NCBI GenBank assembly: GCA_030390025.1
Contig: CM059432.1
Span: 43,712,001 to 43,776,000, forward strand
Source of the DNA: Squalus acanthias
Lineage: Eukaryota
Reading direction: 5' to 3'
Length of the DNA: 64,000 nucleotides
Shown: positions 49,407 to 58,523 of the stretch, in pieces
How positions within the stretch are numbered: position 1 is the first letter of the stretch
How the letters are laid out: each line of letters opens with the position of its first letter
Position numbers and translations under genes: made by a program
The notes under the pieces: generated by a model
Database searches by the model: none
Seen by the model: only the letters and a program-made list of their open reading frames with translations
What the model was told of the DNA's origin: nothing

Positions 49407-51773
49407 ATGAAGGGGGGCATACTCCTACTCGCTCTGATAGGAATGAGCGCTGGGAGGCGAGGTGACGTGGAGGACTCCCACATCTATGGGTGCTCAGGAG
49501 TGAGAGCACCAGTCGTCACCGCAGGGGGTGGCGAGCGGGGAGTGGAGGAGCTCGCCATCTACTTCCACGAGGGAAGGTGGCCAGGGTGGCTGGGGTCCAA
49601 CTCTACTAAATATTCCAACCAGCCCGGGTTCACGTACGGGGAGGCCTCCCTCCCATGCCCCAGAATACAGATCGTTGCCACAAGGGTCAGTGTCACCGAG
49701 GGGAAGCGTGTGTGCCTTATCTGTAAGGGACGAATTCCCCTAAATAGGTGGTGGTGGCTCAGGAAGCTGAGCAGGGACGCAGGGGACCATACAGCCGACT
49801 GGGAAAGATTAGGGAACGACACCCACCGGACAATCACAGGGACCCAAGGAGGAGTCAGTGTTTGTTGGGATAAGTGGTGGGAGTCGGAACAGGGAGTCTA
49901 TGTTTGTATGTGGGGATCAGAGGAAGCCTGCCCCACAGGGGTATCCATCATCTTCTCCAGCCAATGGCAGGATGCCGGGGAGGGGATAGGGTGGGATTCT
50001 AGCCTGCATGGGTGCGTGGTCCCACACATTCCGGTCCCAGTTAATGCCACTGAACTTGTGGCACACACCCGAAAGCCCCTACCCACGACCCAGGTACCGA
50101 AAACCCTGGAAGAAAAGTGCCCTACCACCACCAAGGGACCAGGGAATGGGTTAGTCCTAGTACCAATCGAAAAGGTACTATACCAGGGGGTACACTATGC
50201 AGTAGCTTCAGTAATATTAAACCTCACCGAGGTATACTTACCTGAGTGGTGTCCTAAGGAGACGGAGCAACTGTACCAGGCCCTGCTAAAGGAAATGTTT
50301 AGGAAATTTTACGAATTTGATTTTGCCAATATAGACAAAGTAGAGCTATACAGAATACACCCTGAGAACCCTATGGGCACGGGTAGACAAAGAAGGGGAG
50401 CCTGGAATGATGTCTTCACTGCCTATAGTACAGGGTCCTCTGTAATAAATAGCCTGGATGACATGGAATTACAGACACAGATAAATGGTTTAAAAACCCA
50501 GTTAAGAAAGATCCTGAAGGATGGGGACACAGTGGTAGGCTCAGAGCTACATGAGGACCAAGCTATGACGGTTCATTTAAAGGAAATTATTGCAGAATTG
50601 GAAAGGCATGCCAAAACAGTAAATGCACTCATACGGGAGGATAGAAATGCATCGGATCAGGCTGCACAGAATGAGGTGTGTGTGCTGTACGGGGCATGGT
50701 TGCTGGGCGAGGGCCGTAGCAACCTGGAGGATTTAAAGCAAGGTTTAGTCCCCTCCTGGATCAGCAACAAGCACCTCGCAGCCCTCCACCCATTTAGTAA
50801 TTCGCTGAGCCCATGCCAATTTCGTCTAGCCTCTGAAGCCTACCCTGTCCCAATAGATTGTGGACGTTCAAATCACACTATCATGGGGATAGTAGTGAGA
50901 ATGCCGGTCATGAGTGGGACAGCCCGACCCGTACCGGTATACAGGGTGGAGAACATTGGAGTCATTCAAGGGGGTGCACACATCCGTTTTACAGCGGTCC
51001 CACCTTATGTCATAAAGTGGGAGCACGCCATGACAGGTACTGACCTCTCCGGGTGCCGGAGCCGGGGTTCACACATAATACTGTGTCCCCAGCACTTGAA
51101 CGCCTATTCGAAACCACAGTGCGGGTTTAAAGCTGCTGGCGCACGACCTATCAATTGTACCATGGAGGTGATGGCACACGGCCATGTTTCCCCACAGGTA
51201 GCATATATAGGGGGTGGGACATATTGTGTCACCACAGGTGCGTCCCACTACCAGCATGGACACTTCTGGTGTCCGGTAAGTGACAGCAGTTTCTGCTTTA
51301 AACCCGAGGCAGAAGTTCAAGTGGCCCAGGAACGGATTGTCCCCATCCCTGAACCCTCCACTGTTCACCTCACTGTAACACAAAATTTCACCAACCTGCA
51401 AAAATATGTAGCACATTTTGGCTATGAAATTCCCCCTCTACCAGAACGCCTTACCAAGTTACTAAAAGCTGTAGAGCTCTCTCAAAAACATTTCTACACT
51501 TTAGAACAGAATACACACGAGATAGAGCGAGAGATTCAAGGTATCACAGTCCCACCCTGGTGGGACATCTTCGAAAACATAGAGGTCCCTTCATGGGTCA
51601 GAATGGCTTCCCACCTCCTCGTAGTTTGCCAACTGGGAATAGTATTGTACCTGGTGTGCACTCAGTGCAAGGGAAAGGGCAGAATACTACAGTTCCGAAA
51701 TGAAAGGACTTGGAGGAAGCATTATGCTGAGGTGAGATACACCTGTTTGAATTTTTTTATTCTGTGTTCCTGA
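49407..51773 (+). CDS. env: envelope glycoprotein, class I F-type fusion protein with putative N-terminal Ig-like domain (788 aa)
   Basis: Signal peptide MKGGILLLALIGMSAG; furin site RQRR (50385-50396); heptad repeats; Cys-rich beta region; Trp-rich juxtamembrane segment; TM ~51603-51659; several NxS/T sites. Confidence 0.9.
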   Translation: MKGGILLLALIGMSAGRRGDVEDSHIYGCSGVRAPVVTAGGGERGVEELAIYFHEGRWPGWLGSNSTKYSNQPGFTYGEASLPCPRIQIVATRVSVTEGKRVCLICKGRIPLNRWWWLRKLSRDAGDHTADWERLGNDTHRTITGTQGGVSVCWDKWWESEQGVYVCMWGSEEACPTGVSIIFSSQWQDAGEGIGWDSSLHGCVVPHIPVPVNATELVAHTRKPLPTTQVPKTLEEKCPTTTKGPGNGLVLVPIEKVLYQGVHYAVASVILNLTEVYLPEWCPKETEQLYQALLKEMFRKFYEFDFANIDKVELYRIHPENPMGTGRQRRGAWNDVFTAYSTGSSVINSLDDMELQTQINGLKTQLRKILKDGDTVVGSELHEDQAMTVHLKEIIAELERHAKTVNALIREDRNASDQAAQNEVCVLYGAWLLGEGRSNLEDLKQGLVPSWISNKHLAALHPFSNSLSPCQFRLASEAYPVPIDCGRSNHTIMGIVVRMPVMSGTARPVPVYRVENIGVIQGGAHIRFTAVPPYVIKWEHAMTGTDLSGCRSRGSHIILCPQHLNAYSKPQCGFKAAGARPINCTMEVMAHGHVSPQVAYIGGGTYCVTTGASHYQHGHFWCPVSDSSFCFKPEAEVQVAQERIVPIPEPSTVHLTVTQNFTNLQKYVAHFGYEIPPLPERLTKLLKAVELSQKHFYTLEQNTHEIEREIQGITVPPWWDIFENIEVPSWVRMASHLLVVCQLGIVLYLVCTQCKGKGRILQFRNERTWRKHYAEVRYTCLNFFILCS

Positions 51774-52029
51774 ATAAAGATTGTTGCTTTTTTGTGTTTT
51801 GTTCTTTTTAATAAAGATATGTGTTTTCCCAAGCAGTGCAGGGGTGTCGGACCCTCTCCGTGCTTGGTTGTGAAATAAAGATTTTCTTACCTGTATGTAC
51901 CTAAAACACCACATTTAAAGGGGAATGTATGTTTGGGGTTTTAGTTTAGGTAATACAGGGGAAGGTTGGTTTTCGGGGATCAGGAATTTTGTCCACCCAG
52001 GACGATACTGTAGTGAACTGAAGTATCGC

Positions 52030-52037
52030 AGGAGGGA
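52030..52037 (+). promoter_or_regulatory. polypurine tract
   Basis: AGGAGGGA, one base before the TG of the 3' LTR. Confidence 0.7.
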
Positions 52038-52038
52038 C

Positions 52039-52942
52039 TGTAAGATTTTCAATATTTGCAGATCCCCAAAAACATATATCGAAAGGAAAAAAGTAAGGAC
52101 TTTGGAAATTTAAAGGAAACGTGCCTGGTCTGGGAATTCAAAGACCAGCAAAACATTACCATTTGGACAATAGGCTCTGGGGAAAATCTGCCCCACCCAA
52201 AACACAGAGCCCATAGGAATGCTAGGACCAGCAAGGAACCCAAAGCAGGAGAACAATGCAAGCTTCCATGGAACGACAACGCAACAGGATGTAAGCCATT
52301 TGATTTGATTTAGCATAGTTGAAAGCCCATCAAAATTTCAACAAAGACAATGAACAGGCCTCACCTGAAACTCACTGCATTACGAAACCAGTTTTCGTGT
52401 GGAGTTTTGGGGGGCGGGGGGAGGCGAAAAGGACTATAATTGCTGCAGGACCCAAGATTTCTCTCTCTTTTCGACTCAACCGACTACGCTGGAAGCAAGG
52501 GTCTCTGGCAGCACTGCCCAGAAGCCACATGGTAAAGGAAGACGTTCGATGACCAGAATCACCATCGACTTACCTGGCTGGATTTCGGATTGTTAATACC
52601 CTGTCTGGTGAGCATTATCCCTGATCTCCTGAAACCGAAACCTAGCTAAAAGTGGGATTTTTTTGGGAGGGATAAAGGTTTTTATTTTTCTTGTATACTG
52701 TAATTTTCCTCGCCTGTAACCGTGTGCTCCCCAAACCTGCTTAAGTGTGAAGTGTGTTTAAGTTTGTTACCTTTTAACTTTAATAAAAGTTATAGTTCTT
52801 TCATTGGAACCTGTGGTCTACTGCATCTTTATTCACAACCCCTAAATAAGTCCAAGTTTTGAACCTGGGGCGTGGGAGCGATTTGAACCGCTCACTGAGT
52901 CAGGGGAAAGGCTGACTCTTATCACAACCCACACCCCTTACA
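52039..52942 (+). repeat. 3' LTR (904 bp)
   Basis: Direct repeat of 45556-46459; AATAAA at 52782-52787. Confidence 0.97.
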
Positions 52943-54454
52943 CTTGTTTGATGACACATCTAGTGGTGATATGACATTCATTGTAGCACTCCTGTACCTC
53001 ATTCCTCGGGTTTCTGAGAGGTGTCATCAGCCATGTTTTAAGTGGGTATCCCTTGTCTCCTAGCAGCCACCCGTTAACTCTGCTTCCAGATTGAAGACAT
53101 CAGGGAGGTTGGACTGCCGCAGGACTAAAGCATCATGGCAGCTCCCCAGGAATCTGGCGCACACCTGCATAAACATCTTTTTGTGGTTGCATACCAGCTG
53201 CACATTGATGGAGTGGAAGGCCTTGAGGTTGACGAACACTCCTGGGTGTTCTGGGGGTGCCCTGATTGCCACATGTGTGCAGTCGATGACACCCTGCACC
53301 TGTGGGAAGCCAGCCAGAGCCGCAAACCCAAGCGCCCGCTCATTCTGACTGGCATCATTGCAGGCAAAATTGACATCATTGCTGGCCCTGGCAAACAAGC
53401 CATCAGTCACCTGTCTTATACATTTGTGGGCGGCCAACTGGGAGATCTTGCAAATGTCTCCAGCAGAGCGCTGTAAGGAGCCAGAAGCAAAAAGGCTGAG
53501 GGCGGTGGTAACTCTGACAGCTAGGCCACTAGTTTCAGCTGGTGCTGCTGCTAGTCATCTTGGTCCTCATCTGAGGTCCAGTCTAAGGCAGCATAAGCGG
53601 CACCCATCCTGATCTGATAGATCAGCGCTCCAAATTGTAGATCAGACCTCCAAAGTGTAGAAATAAAGCACTGTGAATAAACTCTTTCCCACTAGCAAGT
53701 AAGAAAGCAGCTGTGAGTACTGAGTATTTATTGGCATATTTCCCTGAGATTGATTAAGCCTCCTCAATTGCCACTGTGCACTCGCCTTGCTTTCACTGGC
53801 GAGTTCCAGGAAGCCTGGGAAACCCATGGACGTGACATTAAGCACAAAAACATAGGTCAAAATCACTTTAATTGATCGATTTACATCTGATGATTGGCAA
53901 ACCCGCCTCTCCCGAGGGGGTTGCATGCACGCAGCCTAACGCGCTCCAGTCAAATACGGAAGTCGGCTTCTCGACGCGCTGACATTTTTGCCACTTTTAT
54001 CTCCCCACCCGCACCCAAACCCACGTGCTCTTCCATGGTCTCACAGAGAGATATCTGTAGAGGGCTGCTCTCAATGAGGCAGACCAGAATGTTATGAGGG
54101 AATGGCAAAATGGATTTTGTCTGTGTTGAATTTTTAAACTTGTATTCTGAAATGCTTAATTCAGCATATAAGTGGTTAACTCTCAAGGCAGTACACACTT
54201 TTTTAAATAGAAAAACAACAACCTGAACCAGTCTGTTTGTCTATTTGATTTCCCTCAAGGTGTAAGTTCTTTTAGGCTCACGCAATAATTATTTGAAGTG
54301 TTAATTAGTTAATCATCCCAGTAGTCGCCACTACTTAGAATTCTAAACATCTTGTGGCATTGTTAGCAATGGTTCCATTGTCCCTCAGGAGTACCATTGT
54401 GACATCTGGTTGGTTGAGATGTTGTTTTATTTAATCCATACAGCATGGGGCTAT

Positions 54455-55230
54455 TTCTTTTAATGTTGATTCTTGGGACGTAGGTGTTGCTGGCATTGCC
54501 GGCATTTATCACCCATCCTTAGTTGCCCTGATTTGATACAACTAATTGGCTTTGTTAGTCCACTTCAGAGGGCAGTTAAGAGTCAACCACATTGATGTGG
54601 GACTGGTGTCACATAAAGGCCCGACCAAGTAAGGACAGCAGGTTTCCTTCTCTAAAGGACACTAGTGAACCAGTTGGGTTTTTAGGACAATCTATACCTA
54701 TCAGGAAAGGATGAACAGGCTGAGTCTCTTTTCTCTTGAAAAGAGAAGGCTGAGGGGTGACCTAATAGAGGTCTATAAAATTATGAAAGCTTTTGATAGA
54801 GTAGACACAGAGAGAGTGTTTCCACTTGTTGGGAAGAGCAAAACTAGAGGCCATCAATATAAGATAGTCACCAAGCAATCAAATAGGGAATTCAGAAGAA
54901 ACTTCTTTACCCAGAAAGTGGTGAGAATGTGGAACTCGCTACAGAGTGGTTGAAGCGAATAGTATAGATGCATTTAAGGGGAGGCTAGATAAGCATATGA
55001 GGGAGAAGGAACAGAGGGTTATGCTGATAGATTTAGATGATGAAAGACAGGAGGAGGCTTGAGTGGAGCATAAATGCCAACATAGACTGGTTGGGCCGAA
55101 TGGCCTGTTTCTGTGCCGTATAGCCTATGAAATCCTATGTAAAACAATCCAACAGCTTCATGGCCACTTTTACTGATACCAGCTTTTTATTTCCAGAATT
55201 TTTTTAACTGAATTCAAATTTTGAACTCAC
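54455..55230 (-). mobile_element. HE1-like SINE interrupted by a CR1 fragment
   Basis: HER1-shared tail at ~54460-54530; SINE body resumes after 55141 with a repeated ACAATC. Confidence 0.65.
54692..55141 (+). mobile_element. CR1 3' fragment
   Basis: LFSLEKRRLRGDLIEVYKIMK...FFTQKVVRMWNSL; CCTATG tail repeats. Confidence 0.85.
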
Positions 55231-55710
55231 CGGCCGGGATTTTGCTCACCTCAGCGGGTCCGTGGCGGGCATTGTCAGTGGTGGGTCGCAGCCCTACTGC
55301 TGGCTCCATCCCGCTGCCTAAAATGAATTTACATTGATAGGGCTTGTTAAGCCTGCCCAGCACGTTTCCCGGCCCAATTAGAGGAAGCGGGTCTGGTGAC
55401 GTCATTCATGATGCATCATCAGTCGGTTTCCTTAAAGGGACCATGGCCAACTTTCTTTTGACATTTGTGCTGTCAGTGTTCTACAGCATTGAGGTGCTGC
55501 AAACACTGACAATCACTGCACGGAGATGCAGGGCTGCACCCAGGTTCTCCCATGACTCCCTCCATATGCTTATGGAGGGATTCACAGCACGCAGGGAGGT
55601 CCTCTTCCCTTCCCATGGGTCATGATGCGGAGATGCCGGCGTTGGACTGGGGTGGACAAAAATGAGAAGTCGCACAACACCAGGTTATAGTCCAACAGAT
55701 TTATTTAAAA

Positions 55711-55748
55711 TTACAAGCTTTCGGAGCTGTCGCCCCTTCGTCAGGTAA
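55711..55748 (-). ncRNA. minimal hammerhead ribozyme in inverted pLTR
   Basis: Reverse complement TTAC-CTGACGA-A-GGGGC GACA GCTCC-GAAA-GCTT-GTAA. Confidence 0.8.
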
Positions 55749-56104
55749 AGTTACAATGAGTGAATCTACAAAAGTTCACAGAATATAAACACAGAAACTG
55801 CAGAGATACAATCTTTCAGGGAAGGTGTCCTTACATCAAAGACACACCAAGAGCACAGCCAAGACAATGAGATGTGTCCCAGGGGGTCCAATGTGTCAAA
55901 TCCTGCTGTCTGCAGTGTTTTTTTGGGGGGGTTTGTTTTTTGTGTTTGTTTTTTTTGTGTTTGTTTTTTAAAAACTGGAAAGACAGACAACGATGTCAAG
56001 TCACGTTCTGTAGCGTGACATGAAACTGATATCCCTATTGAGGCCGTCCTCGTGAGTGCGGAACTTGGCTATCAGTTTCTGCTCGATGATTTTGCGTTGT
56101 CAAA

Positions 56105-58249
56105 ATGGACCCCATCGGTCTCGCGGCAGACACAGAGGAATTCATCAGGAGAATGAGGATCCGGGAATACTACCACAAATCCCAAGATGTCAGCAACAAA
56201 CCCAATGAGACAATCAATGATCCGGAACAGCAGACAGAGGGAACCGCAGTGCAGCAACCGAAGAAGAAAGAGTCAAATTGGACCCCTCCGGAGGGTCGCT
56301 GCCCTAAGCTTGACATGTATGCTCAAGCTGTCAGGAAATGCATCAACGCCAGATTCATCAGCCGCACTCACAAGACAGTCCAGAATGTCACCCGAGCACA
56401 ACGCAACGCCATCCACGCTCTCAAGACCAACCGCAACATCGTCATCAAACCAGCGGACAAAGGAGGAGCCATCGTCATACAGAACAGAATGGACTATTGC
56501 AAAGAAGCATACCGACAACTGGACAACCAGGAACACTACAGACAGCTACCCGCAGATCCGACCAAAGAACACACCCGCCAACTCAATAGACTGATCAAGA
56601 CCTTCGATCCAGACCTTCAAAACATCCTACGCGCTCTCATCCCACGTACTCCCCGCGTAGGAGACTTTTACTGCCTCCCAAAGATACACAAAGCCAACAC
56701 ACCCGGACGTCCTATCGTATCAGGCAACGGAACCCTGTGTGAGAACCTCTCTGGGTACGTCGAGGGCATCCTGAAACCCATCATACAGGGAACCCCCAGC
56801 TTCTGTCGCGACACTACAGACTTCTTGCAGAAACTCAGCACCCATGGACCAGTTGAACCAGGAACACTCCTTGCCACGATGGACGTATCAGCACTCTACA
56901 CAAATATCCCCCACGATGACGGCATCGCTGCGACAGCCTCAGTACTCAACACCAACAACAGCCAATCTCCAGACGCCATCCTACAACTCATCCGCTTCAT
57001 CCTTGACCACAATGTCTTCACCTTCGACAACCAGTTTTTTACCCAAACACACGGAACAGCCATGGGGACCAAATTCGCACCCCAATACGCCAACATCTTC
57101 ATGCACAAGTTCGAGCAAGACTTCTTCGCTGCACAGGACCTCCAACCAACGCTGTACACCAGATACATCGACGACATCTTCTTCCTTTGGACCCACGGCG
57201 AAGGATCACTGAAAGGACTACACGATAGCATCAACAGGTTCCATCCCACCATCAAACTCACCATGGACTACTCCTCAGAATCGTTTTCATTCTTGGACAC
57301 ACGAATCTCCATCAAAGACGGACGCCTCAGCACTTCACTCTACCGCAAGCCCACGGACAACCTCACGATGCTCCACTTCTCCAGCTTCCACCCTAACCAC
57401 GTTAAAGAAGCCATCCCCTATGGACAAGCCCTGCGAATACACAGGATCTGCTCAGACGAGGAGGAACGCGATGGACACCTACGGACACTGAAAGACGCCC
57501 TCGTAAGAACGGGATATGACGCTCGACTCATCGATCGACAGTTCCGATGGGCCACAGCGAAAAACCGCATAGACCTCCTCAGAAGGCGAACACGGGACAC
57601 AACCAACAGAGTACCCTACGTCGTCCAGTACTTCCCTGGAGCGGAGAAACTACGCCATGTTCTTCGCAGCCTTCAACATGTCATCGATGACGATGAACAC
57701 CTTGCTAAGGCCATCCCCACGCCTCCACTACTCGCCTTCAAGCAGCCGCCTAACCTCAGAAGTACCATCGTTCGCAGCAAATTACCCAGCTGTCAGGAGA
57801 ACAGCGACCACGACACCACACAACCCTGCCACGGCAACCTCTGCAAGACATGCCAGATCATGAACACAGATACCGTCATCACACGTGAGGACACTACCCA
57901 CCAGGTACATGGTACATACTCATGTGACTCGGCCAACGTTGTCTACCTGATACGTTGCAGGAAAGGATGCCCCAGAGCATGGTACATCGGCGAGACCATG
58001 CAGACACTGAGACAACGTATGAACGGACACCGTGCAACAATCGCCAGGCAGGATTGTTGCCTCCCAGTCGGGGAACACTTCAGCAGTCAAGGGCATTCAG
58101 CCTCGGATCTGCGGGTTAGCGTTCTCCAAGGCGGCCTTCGAGACACACGACAACGCAAAATCATCGAGCAGAAACTGACAGCCAATTTCCGCACTCATGA
58201 GGACGGCCTCAATAGGGATATCGGGTTCATGTCACGCTACAGAACGTGA
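56105..58249 (+). CDS. Penelope RT + GIY-YIG endonuclease polyprotein (714 aa, probably N-terminally truncated)
   Basis: IKPADKG, LPKIHK, GRPIVS, DVSALYTNIP, GTAMG, YIDDIF; Cys linker PCHGNLCKTC; VYLIRC...YIGET...RMNGH. Confidence 0.93.
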   Translation: MDPIGLAADTEEFIRRMRIREYYHKSQDVSNKPNETINDPEQQTEGTAVQQPKKKESNWTPPEGRCPKLDMYAQAVRKCINARFISRTHKTVQNVTRAQRNAIHALKTNRNIVIKPADKGGAIVIQNRMDYCKEAYRQLDNQEHYRQLPADPTKEHTRQLNRLIKTFDPDLQNILRALIPRTPRVGDFYCLPKIHKANTPGRPIVSGNGTLCENLSGYVEGILKPIIQGTPSFCRDTTDFLQKLSTHGPVEPGTLLATMDVSALYTNIPHDDGIAATASVLNTNNSQSPDAILQLIRFILDHNVFTFDNQFFTQTHGTAMGTKFAPQYANIFMHKFEQDFFAAQDLQPTLYTRYIDDIFFLWTHGEGSLKGLHDSINRFHPTIKLTMDYSSESFSFLDTRISIKDGRLSTSLYRKPTDNLTMLHFSSFHPNHVKEAIPYGQALRIHRICSDEEERDGHLRTLKDALVRTGYDARLIDRQFRWATAKNRIDLLRRRTRDTTNRVPYVVQYFPGAEKLRHVLRSLQHVIDDDEHLAKAIPTPPLLAFKQPPNLRSTIVRSKLPSCQENSDHDTTQPCHGNLCKTCQIMNTDTVITREDTTHQVHGTYSCDSANVVYLIRCRKGCPRAWYIGETMQTLRQRMNGHRATIARQDCCLPVGEHFSSQGHSASDLRVSVLQGGLRDTRQRKIIEQKLTANFRTHEDGLNRDIGFMSRYRT

Positions 58250-58485
58250 CTTGACATCGTTGTCTGTCTTTCCAGTTTTTAAAAAACAAACACAAAAAAC
58301 CCCCCCCCAAAAAAACCACTGCAGACAGCAGGATTTGACACGTTGGACCCCCTGGGACACATCTCATTGTCTTGGCTGTGCTCTTGGTGTGTCTTTGATG
58401 TAAGGACACCTTCCCTGAAAGATTGTATCTCTGCAGTTCCTGTGTTTATATTCTGTGAACTTTTGTAGATTCACTCATTGTAACT

Positions 58486-58523
58486 TTACCTGACGAAGGG
58501 GCGATAGCTCCGAAAGCTTGTAA
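58486..58523 (+). ncRNA. minimal hammerhead ribozyme in 3' pLTR
   Basis: TTAC-CTGACGA-A-GGGGC GATA GCTCC-GAAA-GCTT-GTAA. Confidence 0.8.

Larger units (their letters stand above)
45556..52942 (+). mobile_element. pol-less LTR retroelement / endogenous retrovirus-like element (gag, gag-like ORF, F-type env)
   Basis: Paired LTRs with TGTAAG...CTTACA ends; 4-bp TSD CTTG (45552-45555, 52943-52946); PBS; PPT; gag and env ORFs; no protease, RT, RNase H or integrase core motifs seen. Confidence 0.95.
45270..53520 (-). pseudogene. Harbinger transposase split by the LTR element (pieces ~45270-45555 and 52943-53520)
   Basis: GFPQVQGVIDCTHVAI...FHSINVQLVC...[33 protein letters not shown] rejoins across the insertion. 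Confidence 0.9.
44309..54030. mobile_element. decayed Harbinger transposon hosting the LTR element
   Basis: Myb/SANT exon on + and HARBI1-like transposase on -, convergent; right boundary approximate. Confidence 0.7.
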
